Below, one piece after another: positions 1 to 11,589 of a stretch of 64,000 nt of DNA. How positions within the stretch are numbered: the first letter of the stretch is position 1; the number at the start of each line of letters is the position of its first letter. Location: NCBI GenBank assembly GCA_030141605.1, contig JAQGDQ010000711.1:1-64000 (forward strand), in the 5' to 3' direction. Under the pieces are notes generated by a model. The model was not told the DNA's origin. It was given only the letters and a program-made list of their open reading frames with translations, and ran no database searches. This DNA comes from Tubiluchus corallicola. Taxonomy: Eukaryota > Animalia > Priapulida. The translations under genes and the position numbers were made by a program.

Positions 1-739
1 TTAAACATGTTAAACTTACTATATTATAATAGCATGGTCTGCTAGGTGTTGTCAAATGTGTTGCTTGGTACACTTGACCTTTGACCTTTCACGATCATCA
101 TCAATTACTGGTTATTGAATTAACTCTTATTGCACATACACTCAGCAAAATTGTGTCCAGTCTGACCATTGCCCAAAAACTGTGTATGTTATAGTTTTAT
201 ACCTCCTTTAAGCTTATAGTAGATTAAAATAAGTTACATTTTTTACATTTTATCACCCCGGGCTCCGTACTCTTTCAAACATTGTTTAAATTTGTGGGTG
301 GTGGGTTGAATATCCTGTCTTAAAGAAATGAAAAACTGCGTCAATTTGCTGTGGAAATTGTGAACACTTGCCGTAAATTTTAATAATAGTGGCACACGAC
401 GTTTTTCCAGTTGTTTTAAAATATCTTTGGAAAAATCTAAGGGAATTGTGACGCTGTGTAATAATTAAGTCAGGACGTTAAGAAATCAGAGTACTGTGTT
501 CAGGGTTCTCGAGCGTTTCCGTCACTTTTACATGCTAAATCTACAGGATAATCATTCATTTGTGTATACTACGTGAATCCGTGTCACTGGTGAAACACTT
601 GTGTGCACGTGCAAATTATTTAATCAGAACGAAAACGGAACTAATAGCTAATATTTAGATTTAGAATTTAATCCGTAAAACAACAATAGCAAATTAAATT
701 GATAACAATTTCCAACAATACCTAATTCCCCTAAAAGTA

Positions 740-1290
740 ACGTTGGCCGGCTACGCTTCTGTCTCTCATCAGGCTTTTGGATCTATCAACCACACTTTTG
801 AGTCTTCCACCATGCCACATCGGCTTTTCATCTCCAGCAGTCAGCCACGTCCTCGCCAGCAACTCTTAGCCAGTGGTCATCAACCCAGCCTCTGCATGGA
901 CCACTCTTTAAAACTGCTCCAGCAATCCAGCGGTTGAACTCGTACCTGGTTGCCTCAGCCTTCCAGTAATAAAGCCAAATATCGTCCTTTTGCAGGGTGA
1001 CAAACAGAACCTTTAGTTCAGACGAACAGACAGACCATTGGTCCATGTAGAACTGATCCTCGACTAGTTTTCCACTACTATTCAGCGAGAATTTGAGTCC
1101 TATTCTGCAGGTCGAAATACGGTTACCAAACACTTGCTTCCCGGAATGTCAAGACAGTGTCATCACAGCAAACAACGAATAAACAAAAGTAGACCAAACC
1201 ATTGTCTTTGTGATAAAACATCTCACTGCATACGAGTGCCACTAAAGATAGGTTCACACCAAACTTGGTGTTCAGCCATATAAAATAACC
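740..1290 (-). mobile_element. Possible degenerate LINE ORF1 remnant
   Basis: GC-richer patch. Minus-strand peptide NLSLVALVCSEMFYHKDNGLVYFC loosely resembles a PHD-type ORF1; interrupted by stops. Confidence 0.25.
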
Positions 1291-2055
1291 TCAGGATGTG
1301 GACTAACCAGCAAAACTCCACCAACCTGTAACTTTGACAGTCAGAACATAACTAGTGTAAAACACAAACTCTGTAGTAAGATCTCAAAACAGGTTGAAGC
1401 CATTTGGTATTCGAATTTTCAGGTAACTTAATTATAGGTATGCAGAGAAATAAGCGGCCAGAGCCATCTAGTGTCAAAATCTTACAAAAAACACAATATA
1501 ATATAAATTTAAATAAACAGTGCAATAAATCAATAAAGTAATTAGATCATTATTTATGCACACACAACAACAAATGAAAGATGTATCAAAATAGTTGTTG
1601 CGACAATGATGGGTGGTATAACCGATCACCACAGGAATGAATTGAAATTTTTGATGCTCTTACATAAGCGTCTGTAACATCAGTGTGGTAATTTTCAAGC
1701 GATTTTATTGTTCTTTTCATATAATATCGTAATCAAAACTTCCGCACATTTTTTGCATCACCTAATACACGTTTTTTCCTGTTTAGACAGACAGGATTAA
1801 TTTCCAAGCTGAGTTAAAATAGCAATTTTCCTAAAAGTATTAATTCAGTACCTCTTTTACTACTTGTTTTCCCGAACTTTTATATTAACGACAAACTTCT
1901 AATGCACTCACTGCACCTTTTTCGACTAGAATAAAAAATTTTAGCCAAATTACTACAAAATCTGCGCCGTCATAGAGTTCACGTGCTGTGCCATTATTTG
2001 TGTATGTTAAAGTGTATATACTTACTTGTATATAAAATTAATTATGATTCTTCAG

Positions 2056-2196
2056 AAGGGGAAGACAAAAGCAGTACACTGACATCTGTTGGCAGTAAAG
2101 AGAATCTAAAGGAAATGGAAAGCAAGCATCGAGGATTAGAGAGAAAACACATGCTGACTCTCTCCGGTGGTGAAGGTTACATTGATTTCCGCATTG
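2056..2196 (+). CDS. MAPK8IP3: JNK-interacting protein 3/4 (JIP3/SPAG9/Sunday driver), penultimate coding exon
   Basis: Encodes ...KHMLTLSGGEGYIDFRIG, the conserved JIP3/4 C-terminal motif. Acceptor ttcag ends at 2055; donor G|gtaggt at 2197, phase 1. Confidence 0.9.
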
Positions 2197-2564
2197 GTAG
2201 GTGTACGTTCCTGTCACATATTTCCGCCCAATCTTTTCTTACTCTTTGTTTAAACTCATTTGCAATTACTTGTCCACAATTGAGTTTAGCTATCAATAAT
2301 GAATGCTGTAAGCAATCGCAAAGGAAATTTACCTGCTTTATAAGCTTTCTGTGTATTTACTGTACGTAAAAAGAGTAGAAATATTTTGCTAATAGTTCAG
2401 CGATGGACTCCAACAGTTGCTGCGAATTGATTTGCTGTCTAGTGTGACTGCCTCAGCGAGTTACTCTCAACACAGTGTCAGCTCAAGCTTACTTTCATAG
2501 AGTAACTCATAGCAGATTTTGCCGTTTAGTCTGAACATGTTTGTGAATTACTTGGCGAGTTTGC

Positions 2565-3117
2565 TAGCCTGAACGTTGCCGTAGGAAGTAACGGAACGTG
2601 AAATGCGTAGCCTGAACGTTGCCGTAGGAATTAACGGAACGTGAAATGCGTAGCCTGAACGTTGCCGTAGGAATTAACGGAACGTGAAATGCATAGCCTG
2701 AACGTTGCCGTAGGAAGTAACGCAACGTGAAATGCATAGCCGGAACGTTGCCGTAGGAAGTAACGCAACGTGAAATGCATAGCCGGAACGTTGCCGTAGG
2801 AAGTAACGCAACGTGAAATGCATAGCCGGAACGTTGCCGGAGCGTGAAATGCATAGCCCGAACGTTGCCGTGGGAAGTAACGGAACGTGAAATGCATAGC
2901 CCGAACGTTGCCGTGGGAAGTAACGGAACGTGAAATGCATAGCCCGAACGTTGCCGTGGAAAGTAACGGAACGTGAAATGCATAGCCCGAACGTTGCCGT
3001 GGGAAGTAACGGAACGTGAAATGCGTAGCCCGAACGTTGCCGTAGGAAGTAACGGAACGTGAAATGCGTAGCCCGAACGTTGCCGTAGGAAGTAACGGAA
3101 CGTGAAATGCATAGCCT
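2565..3117. repeat. 43-bp minisatellite, ~13 copies
   Basis: TAGCCTGAACGTTGCCGTAGGAAGTAACGGAACGTGAAATGCG. Confidence 0.95.
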
Positions 3118-3175
3118 AACTTGATCTTAATTCAAACTCGCCCGGTTTGCTTATTTATAATATACAAATCAGCTA

Positions 3176-3533
3176 AAAATACATTATAAAAACTATATAT
3201 AATTATTTTGAAAATACATTGTAAAAACTATATATAATTGTTTTAAAAATACGTTATAAAAACTATATATAATTGTTTTGAAAATACGTTATAAAAACTA
3301 TATATAATTGTTTTGAAAATACATAGTAAAAACTATATATAATTGTTTTGAAAATACGTTATAAAAACTATATATAATTGTTTTGAAAATACGTTATAAA
3401 ACTATATATAATTGTTTTGAAAATACATTATAAAAACTATATATAATTGTTTTGAAAATACATTATAAAACCTATATATAATTGTTTTGAAAATACATTA
3501 TAAAAACTATATATAATTGTTTTGAAAATACAT
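3176..3533. repeat. 35-bp AT-rich minisatellite, ~10 copies
   Basis: AAAATACATTATAAAAACTATATATAATTGTTTTG. Confidence 0.95.
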
Positions 3534-3665
3534 GTAGATGAAAGTTAGACTGACATAAGTTAAAGCTGAGTGAAAATGTGCAGCATTCTCAATGGTGACT
3601 GACAAGCTTCTGTTTCTCAATCTGGTTACACGTTTGTCACCAGTCGTGTTTTTTTTGTTTTTTAG

Positions 3666-3805
3666 GAGATGGCGACGACGGCGAAGGAGAAACTGACGAT
3701 GCAGTGGCTCCCTCTGAGGAAGCAGTGGAGAAGCGGTCACTGTCAAAAGGTGAGCGTAGTCACCTCATCGTGTGGCAGGTGACGATACCAGAGCAGAATT
3801 CTTGA
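3666..3805 (+). CDS. MAPK8IP3: JIP3/4 terminal coding exon
   Basis: Poly-T tract and tttag acceptor. The phase-1 join gives G-DGDDGEGETDDAVAPSEEAVEKRSLSKGERSHLIVWQVTIPEQNS*. ERSHLIVWQV is the JIP3/4 terminal signature. TGA at 3803-3805. Confidence 0.92.
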
Positions 3806-5248
3806 ACGTGTTGGAAGAATAGCCACTGATTCGTTTGATTGTGACTTACGCTATCATTACTAGTCTAACTACTACATGTGCGACTGCTTGAAATTCTGTT
3901 TAGTAAATCGCAGAAGTTGTTGAAAAGTTCTACTCTGAGATAACCGTTTTGGTAACAAGTTTAACTGTTAACAATGTCCGAAAAAATTCCATCAACTTTT
4001 TTAAGGTACATTTTAACTCTTGATACATTGTGGAGGCAGATTTACCTTTAACGCATAAAACCTTCACACAGAAATAGTGTCACGTACTTTTTTGTTTTAG
4101 TTTTCCGTAATTGTTTTTTATTTATTTCGATTTTCGTTTATTTGTGACAGATTTGTACACTGATTTAACTCATGATCTGAAATGCCGCGTTTTTTGACAT
4201 TGTGCAATTTTATCTGCACTTTCGTTCATCCATGATTTTAGATAATTATATTTTGGCCAGCGTTTTGTGTAGCCTACAGTCTGTGCTCCTCGTGTGGGGC
4301 AAGAATAGGAGCAGGTAAAAAACGGGTGACTTAACAGTGTTTAGTAGTTTAGTTAAAAAGATTGCTGTTCTGCACATGCGTATTTGATGTTTGGTATGAA
4401 TTACCCAAGCAATTCTGCGGCGTTTGTTTGCAAAAAAATGCCAAATGCCACCAAGTAACGTGTTAAGTCAAGTGAAAGAATTTGTGCGGTAAATGAGTAC
4501 CAAACTTTCATTTAAAAAGGGAAAGATTTACATTTTTTAACACTCTCATTTCACAAGAGAAGATTTAGCTATTGTTTTTTGACTTGTTTTTTCTTTTTTT
4601 TCGAGTGAAAATTGTTGCTTTTACACTGGATAGTTTTTAAATGTTGCATGTACGAGTAATTTTGAATTTGTAAATAAAACTTAAATTTCTGACGATTTTT
4701 ATAAACGTAATATTTTAAAATGACTCGTGCGAAGTTTTAAATTTGTGTGATTCAGGGATAAATTGTTTGAATTTGCTTATTCTGCAAAAATGTGATGTCA
4801 GTATTTGCAAAAAAAATTCTATCCATTCATTATTCCAAGTTCGTTTCTCAACTTGAGATGAATTGTTGTTCTTGAAGAGCGTTTTATGACAGTAAACATT
4901 GCTAATAAAGTATTTTGCATCAGTTTGTCTGCTGTGCCATTAATATGTCGCATTGCTTTACGTTATACTATGCACAACGATGCGACAATTTTGGTACATT
5001 TAATGGCTTTCTATGTTTGTCACAGAACCAGGCAGTTTTGTCAGTGTAACGATGCTAAAAAAAGATGATTTAATTTTGTGGAGAGAAAACTCATTTTGTT
5101 CAAAAATGGAGCTTTTAATCTGAGAACGTGATGTTGCAGTTCCACAACACATGATCGTATTGAAATAAACTAGAGCAATGACTTCGCTTAAGTGTTTGCT
5201 GTGCGCGTAAGTGTTTGCTGTGTGCTGGTATTTATTTTTATCTTAGGA

Positions 5249-5857
5249 ATTCAGAATGGCAAAGGGGGAAAACGAATTCTTAAAATGAAAATAACTATCA
5301 GCACCCACTTAAGCAAAGTCGTGGCTATTTATTCCAACACAATCATCTGCATCGTTCAACATGGTCACGACCACGCAATAATGTACCTAGTAAAAATATG
5401 ATGTAGCAGAGTTGATGGCAACGTCCAAGAATCCACATTGTAAGAAGCAAAAGCTGAATTGTAAAGCTACAGATCGTGTAGGACAGGGGTGTGCAAATTG
5501 TCTGTCTAACCGGGCCACATTTAACTTTCCCGCAATTCCCACGGGCCACAGTTTGCACACCCCTGGTGTAGGACATTGCGAAGTAAAAGAGAAAATAATC
5601 TCATGTTAATCCAACACAGTTCTATTGCCTGTTCCTACTTTTGTACAAAAGTACTTTTGGACTTTGATATTAATTTTTTATACATTATACTTTTATTAAA
5701 TAGAATTGCGTGATCATGACCATGTTATGGATGAAACATTGCAGATCATTATGTTGGAATATGTGGCCATGTTGGAATAAGTGGCCATGTCTTTGCTTAA
5801 GTAGGTTGCCTTCATTTTAATAATTCGCTTTTCCTCGTTGTCAGTCAGCTTCTGGAT
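5249..5857. mobile_element. Old foldback/palindromic element with ~200-bp degenerate inverted arms
   Basis: AACATGGTCACGACCACGCAAT (~5358-5379) pairs with ATTGCGTGATCATGACCATGTT (5705-5726); CTTAAGCAAAG pairs with CTTTGCTTAAG. Confidence 0.65.
5484..5565. mobile_element. 82-bp hAT-like mini-MITE
   Basis: 14-bp perfect TIR CAGGGGTGTGCAAA and perfect 8-bp TSD GTGTAGGA (5476-5483 / 5566-5573). Confidence 0.85.
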
Positions 5858-7709
5858 GACATACCTTTTGCTCCAATAGAATAATAAGTTATATAATTAT
5901 AATATATGCAAAGTTGCTTAATATATATAATGAATTAATCTGCTTTTTTACTTAAATTATTTTATCGTTCACTGTAGAGACTTATTTAAATGTCCGTCAG
6001 ATTCTTGCCACTTTCCTGTCTGTAAATAATTCTTTATTTTGAAATTATGCAGGATTTTCTTACTTGAGTGTGTAAATAACTTCATTGTTTTATCCGCTTT
6101 GCTATTTATATGAAGTTGTAAACCACAATGCTTAGGGTTGTGATTTTATCGTTTTTATTGTAAAAAAAATATTTACGGCGTAATTCTAATCTAGTTGTAC
6201 GTAGAGAATGGTACGTATTTGGCTGAAATGTGCTCATTACTGAAAACATTCTTTTGTAATTACTCATTACTGTAAGTGCATCTGTTCTATGTTATTAAAT
6301 GCAGTGAGCTTTGCTAATTTAGTGATTAGTGATGCCCTGAGTGCCGGAAATCTTTTAACTTGTGTTTTCAAACGTGTCCATGTGAAAGCAAGACTTTAAT
6401 ACTTAAATGTTTCCTTCCATGAAAAACAAAACAGTTAAATTTTTCACTTGAAAATTGTCTCCATATTTAGCAAGTTTTTTTCCTTATTAGTTGTTCTTTT
6501 AAAAAGAAATTTCATTTTCGTTTTTGCTGATTAATAATATATTAGTTTAATGGTTGTCAGTTTTTTAAACTTGATACAAAAATACATGTATTACGTTCCT
6601 TTAGGTTTTATACAAATTAATGCTGTTATTTTGTTGTAGCTACAGATTTCCTAAATATTATTAATGTAATTCTTATCCTCCTCAGTACTATAAATGTCTA
6701 TGTGGAGTAAATGTAAGTAAAATGGGGTTTCTTTTTTTGTTAAATTTGAAAAGTGTGCATACGTTTAATATGCTGCATGAAATAAAATGATTTTCTGAAT
6801 TGAATTGATTTTCTGAATTCGCTACATATCTTTGACATTGCAAGTGTGTATAAAACAGCGCAGCATCCCAAGCATTGCAGTCTGCAAGGTTTTGTATGGA
6901 AAGTAAAAAGCTGATAAATAGGTGCTAATGATGCTGAGAACATTATTATGACTAGCCGCACACAGCCTTTGTATTGGTTTGATTGGAAACTGTAGTGCAA
7001 AGTCCACATATGGGACAAATGTAAGTAAGTAATATCATTTTTAAATAGCACCTGAAAAACGTAAAACCATTGAATTCAAAACAAGAATATAAACGAGCAT
7101 AAATCAGTACAAAATGAGACAAATGAGTGTTTAATAATGTGTGCGGTAATGTCATTAAGCATTTATCGTGCACACGAGCGAAAACCTGTTAGACGAGTTG
7201 TTGCAACCAGCATTTACCTCGTGTGCGCCAGACATTTGCAATCAGTCGCTATTATAGCCAATGATTGTGGGTAGTGAAACACGTTTATTACGCTCGTTTG
7301 AATTCAGAAACAAGAAACTATAATCGCGATGAAATTGCAAGATACAAACAACTAGTAGACAAGAAACTGCATTACTTGACAATCAGAAAAAGTTTAACTT
7401 TAAATAAATCTTACAAATTAAAACTACTTTATCCATTAAAAATCCTGGAGGTTCAGCTACAGGTACTATCCCAACGCGTATTATCAACCTCAAGTAGTAA
7501 TGTGTTAAAACGAAGGTTCATTTGCTAACGGATTATAAAACAAACAAGTGAAAGAAACTGATCACATTTGATGATAAATACAAACACCAACATTTAGCTC
7601 TTAATTTCAATGGCAAGATTAGTAGCATATTAGTCCTTTTAGGGAACAACTGTCACATGAAAAATTGTGCCTTGCAATGCTTGCTTGCAACCGTGTTGAT
7701 TCAGTGTTA

Positions 7710-8177
7710 CCAAAAGGGGAAGAAAAGAAAATTTTAAAGTATGTCCCAAAGAATTTTCCGTACTCACAAAGTTATATTATTCAGCATTACGCTAACCAGT
7801 TTGAAAGACTTGAGTAACCAGAAAAAATCTCGGTAATTTGAATATTAGCGCTACTGGTAAAATATCAGCGACTTAACTTCCCAGGGTGCACCACCAAAAA
7901 ACACATGTTGATCTTGTTGACAACATAATGCTTAGTTAGTGAAATGTGTGCTATAAATGCTCTGATTATTTTGCAAACTTTACACAATATTACCTAAACT
8001 TGCTCCAATATATTATATTAAAATGGCAGCGCCTAACAGTCTTTGCACGAGTTTAAATTTTCACGTTTTATACAGCGTTACTGCTAATTCAAATTCTGTA
8101 TGTAATAAACAATAAACAAATGTTCTAAGACAATTTTCTTAAGCTTTATTTACGAAACATGTTTTCTTGTGCTTTAA
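7710..8177 (+). mobile_element. Kolobok-like family copy (5'-truncated)
   Basis: Shared blocks AAAGTTATATTATTCAGCA, AAAATGGCAGCGCCTAAC and end TTTTCTTGTGCTTTAA. Confidence 0.6.
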
Positions 8178-8446
8178 TAAAATCAATTACATATAACAAT
8201 ATTATGCAAGTTTTCCACTAACTGTATATTCAAACAAACAAAATGGTTTTTAACAATAGTTAATACGACAATTAAGTTTCACATGCAATCACAAACCAAT
8301 TACTATTGAATGATTAGAGAAAACTGCTGAGCTGTAATAAAATCTAAATGAATAAAGTCACAAACAAAACAAGTGACAGAAGTATAAAAAGAAAAATGAT
8401 TAAAATTTTCAATAAATGATTTCATGGAGCAAAACACAGATACTTT

Positions 8447-8590
8447 ACATCTCGACTACTGCAACAAAATGAAATTTGGTGTGACATAACACATCTCGAC
8501 TACTGCAACAAAATGAAATTTGGTGTGACATAACACATCTCGACTACTGCAACAAAATGAAATTTGGTGTGACATAACACATACCGACTA
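8447..8590. repeat. 44-bp tandem repeat x3
   Basis: ACATCTCGACTACTGCAACAAAATGAAATTTGGTGTGACATAAC. Confidence 0.9.
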
Positions 8591-8948
8591 AATGGCTAAA
8601 TATAATAGTCGAACAATAATTTTAATTTTTTAATATAAAAATGTGCACGTGTAACAATTCACTCAACAATATGTTAAGATATTATGATAATAACATTGTA
8701 GTTAAATGCGCCACTTAAACTTTTTATAATCAACAAAACATATGATAAATTATTAGGTGACTATTAATACTTTTCAGTGATAGTATAATTGTAATACATG
8801 ATCTATATGAAGAATTCCCTAGTCTCGTTTAATCGATCGTCGATCATCAAACTATCAAAATCTTCAAGCTAAATGATACACACTTGTAAAAACTGTGCTA
8901 CACTATTGCCTCACTGTACATCAGGAAATTGTACAGATCAACAAAATT

Positions 8949-8954
8949 TTTATT
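8949..8954 (-). promoter_or_regulatory. Candidate polyadenylation signal for Hook
   Basis: AATAAA on the minus strand about 575 bp after the Hook stop codon. Confidence 0.4.
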
Positions 8955-9528
8955 ACACACATTGGTCCTACTAAATGTGTATCTTGTTAACACATTTAGT
9001 AGGGCCAATGTATGTAATAAAAATTTTGCGTACTGTGCATATACGTATATTTTTTGTACGCAAGCAAACATTTAGTAAACTGCAAGTAAGTAAAAAATGA
9101 CTCGCTTGTAAATATTTTATCTGCAATGAAACTTTGCGAAGTGCAAAAGCTGCTGTAAGCAACTCCCATATAAATCCTATATGAACTTCTATAAATGTAG
9201 CAAAAATAACATTAAATCACGTTTATCGATTGCTCATACAATATTACATATTCAAACAAGTCATCTAATTAGCTTCCATTGATGTAACGCAGTAATATCC
9301 AACTGATGCGCACAAGTAACATTACATTTCACATCGGTTTCCAAATCTGCCAGAAATTAAAAGATCTGCATCATGACTAAAATTACAATAAAAATTACTT
9401 GACCCCATAAAAAAATAAAATACTACAAGACGTATAGATCTACGCAACAGAAGATCTGTAATAAGAAAGTGCAGTTTCTTGCAATCACATTAATTTGGTA
9501 GGCAAGTCATGGACTAATTCAATCTGCG

Positions 9529-11589
9529 TCACTTCGAGAAGGAATCCCACTGACTAGAGTTTTGGCGGGGCGTGGTTATCATTCGCTGCTTAGCCAGAAA
9601 CGACTGTCCCGCCCGGCTAAGTTTTTCGTCGACAGCTTTCCGATGAAGCTGCATTCCCAGTCCATACCAGGCGTTAACAACCAATTTTTCTTCTTGCTCC
9701 CTCAGTTGCTTTGCCTTCTCATATTCTTTACCTAAATGTTCTATAAGACGATTCTTCTCCTGCAACTGCTGCTTCAACGCTTCAACTTCAGGCGCACCGC
9801 CCGGGTTCTGCTTCGGATCTAACATTTTTATGACGCTACGAGCTTTGTCCAAGTACTTTCTGTACTTTTGTTCCTGCTCACTTATATCTTCCTCTAGCTT
9901 TCTATTCACAGCTTCAAGATTAGATATTTTTTCATCTTTGACTTTCACTTTGGTCTGCAGTTCTTCTATTACGTTGTTTTTATCTATTGTGCTGCCACCT
10001 GCACTACTCTGATTTTCTGCCAACGCATCCAATTGGCTTTGTAACTCCAAGTTTTTTTGGTTAGACAAACGGTGTTGCTTCTGCAGTTCTTCTATATGGA
10101 CATGCGCATCATCTAACATGCTCTGCAATAATTGCGCCTTTTCGCTCGACGAACCGTCCGACACTTGAACCTTTAACATTTTATTCTGGTGCTCAAGACG
10201 CAGCAGCTTCTCCTTTACCTCTGGAGGAAGCAGATCTAACAACTGTGTTGAACCCGATGCATCTTCGCTAGGCAAGAAATTTGGAGACTCGTTTACAGCA
10301 TCAACTTGGAAATGCTGGGAGAGCTTTAGTTCTTCGTTGGCTTCCTGGAGAGCATCTCTTGCCACAGTTATTCTTTCATTTTCTCTTTGAAGAGCAACCA
10401 ATCTTTCCTGCAATCTTTTGTTATCAAAATCTAGCTTGTCTGCCCTCATGCTCTCTCCCGACAATTTGCTGTTCAATTCTTGAACCTGTTTCTTATACAT
10501 GTCTGCTTGCGTTTTGAACGATTGAGCTTTGCGCAAGTCCTCTTCGAGATCAACTGTACTCTGAACGTAGCTAGTATTCTTTTCTTCGAGAAGTTTCATT
10601 TGCCTTTTGAGATCGCCCATTTCCTCTAGCTTTTTTCTAAGTGTTTCTATAGTAGCTTCATATTGAGCAACTTTCTCAGAAGTGTGACGAAGTATGTCGA
10701 CTTCATCCTTCAATCCTCTCGCTGCTTCAACTTCTAGCACCAACTCTTCATTCTTCATTTGTATATCCATCAATTCTTTCTCTTGTTGTTCTACTCTGAA
10801 AGCATATTCAGTGCAAGTATTTTCCAATCGAAACACTTCATCCTGAAATTTTTCAACTTTTGTTTGTAGTTGCTCTTCACGTCGCCCCGAACTATGTTCA
10901 TCCGGCTGGTGGCCATAATATTCCCTCTCTAGTGACAGCAGTTTCTGATTTTCCGTTAACAATGTGTCTCTGTCTTCTTCAACTGCCTTTACTTGAAGTT
11001 CCAACTCCTGACATCTTTGAAGTAGAGTCTCTTTGGTTTCCGTAATTTCTTGAAGAGCTTTCAGTGTTTCTTGAAGGTGCAGGTTGTCATCGCTAACACT
11101 CGCTGTGCGACTTTTCGATTCTGAGTCTGTCAGCTCCTGTATTGCTCTCATTAGCACTTGTTGTACTTCTTCGTCCATGTCCATTATCACTGCAATGTAT
11201 TCTTCTCGGCGTTCACAGTTTACTGCACATCCTAGAATAAGCTGCAACAGCTTTCCTAATTCAGCAGCGTCGCCAAACTCAGCGATTAACTTAACATCTG
11301 GCGGTTCTATGAGATGGTTCACTTGCTTTCCCAAATACGTCTGATAAAATTCAGCAATGCCTTCAAGAACTTTCTTCAAATTACTGACCTTTATTCGCCA
11401 GTTACTCATGTCTATATCACGCTTTATCTTAGACATCCATTCTTCATTAAAATTATCAGGCGAAATCTGACACAAGACTTCGCCCATTACAACTCCATCA
11501 CATATGTCCGAATCGACATCAAAATGCGTATCAACAGCAAATGTTTTCAACCATTTAAAAAGAATGCTACACAGATATTCACGATCCAT
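9529..11589 (-). CDS. HOOK: Protein Hook homolog (dynein/dynactin activating adaptor), 686 aa, single coding exon
   Basis: N-terminal Hook domain (DGVVMGEVLCQISP, SNWRIKVSNLKKVL, ELGKLLQLILGCAVNC), long coiled coil, C-terminal YLDKARSVIKMLDPKQN and EEKLVVNAWYGLG. First ATG (MDREYLCS) at 11589; the ORF-track start at 11643 is a TTG. Confidence 0.95.
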   Translation of the reverse strand: MDREYLCSILFKWLKTFAVDTHFDVDSDICDGVVMGEVLCQISPDNFNEEWMSKIKRDIDMSNWRIKVSNLKKVLEGIAEFYQTYLGKQVNHLIEPPDVKLIAEFGDAAELGKLLQLILGCAVNCERREEYIAVIMDMDEEVQQVLMRAIQELTDSESKSRTASVSDDNLHLQETLKALQEITETKETLLQRCQELELQVKAVEEDRDTLLTENQKLLSLEREYYGHQPDEHSSGRREEQLQTKVEKFQDEVFRLENTCTEYAFRVEQQEKELMDIQMKNEELVLEVEAARGLKDEVDILRHTSEKVAQYEATIETLRKKLEEMGDLKRQMKLLEEKNTSYVQSTVDLEEDLRKAQSFKTQADMYKKQVQELNSKLSGESMRADKLDFDNKRLQERLVALQRENERITVARDALQEANEELKLSQHFQVDAVNESPNFLPSEDASGSTQLLDLLPPEVKEKLLRLEHQNKMLKVQVSDGSSSEKAQLLQSMLDDAHVHIEELQKQHRLSNQKNLELQSQLDALAENQSSAGGSTIDKNNVIEELQTKVKVKDEKISNLEAVNRKLEEDISEQEQKYRKYLDKARSVIKMLDPKQNPGGAPEVEALKQQLQEKNRLIEHLGKEYEKAKQLREQEEKLVVNAWYGLGMQLHRKAVDEKLSRAGQSFLAKQRMITTPRQNSSQWDSFSK

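Larger units (their letters stand above)
3806..6800 (+). other. Putative long 3'UTR region of the JIP3/4 gene
   Basis: U-rich sequence after the stop with several AATAAA hexamers (~4674, ~4904, ~5164, 6781). The true end is unknown. Confidence 0.45.
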
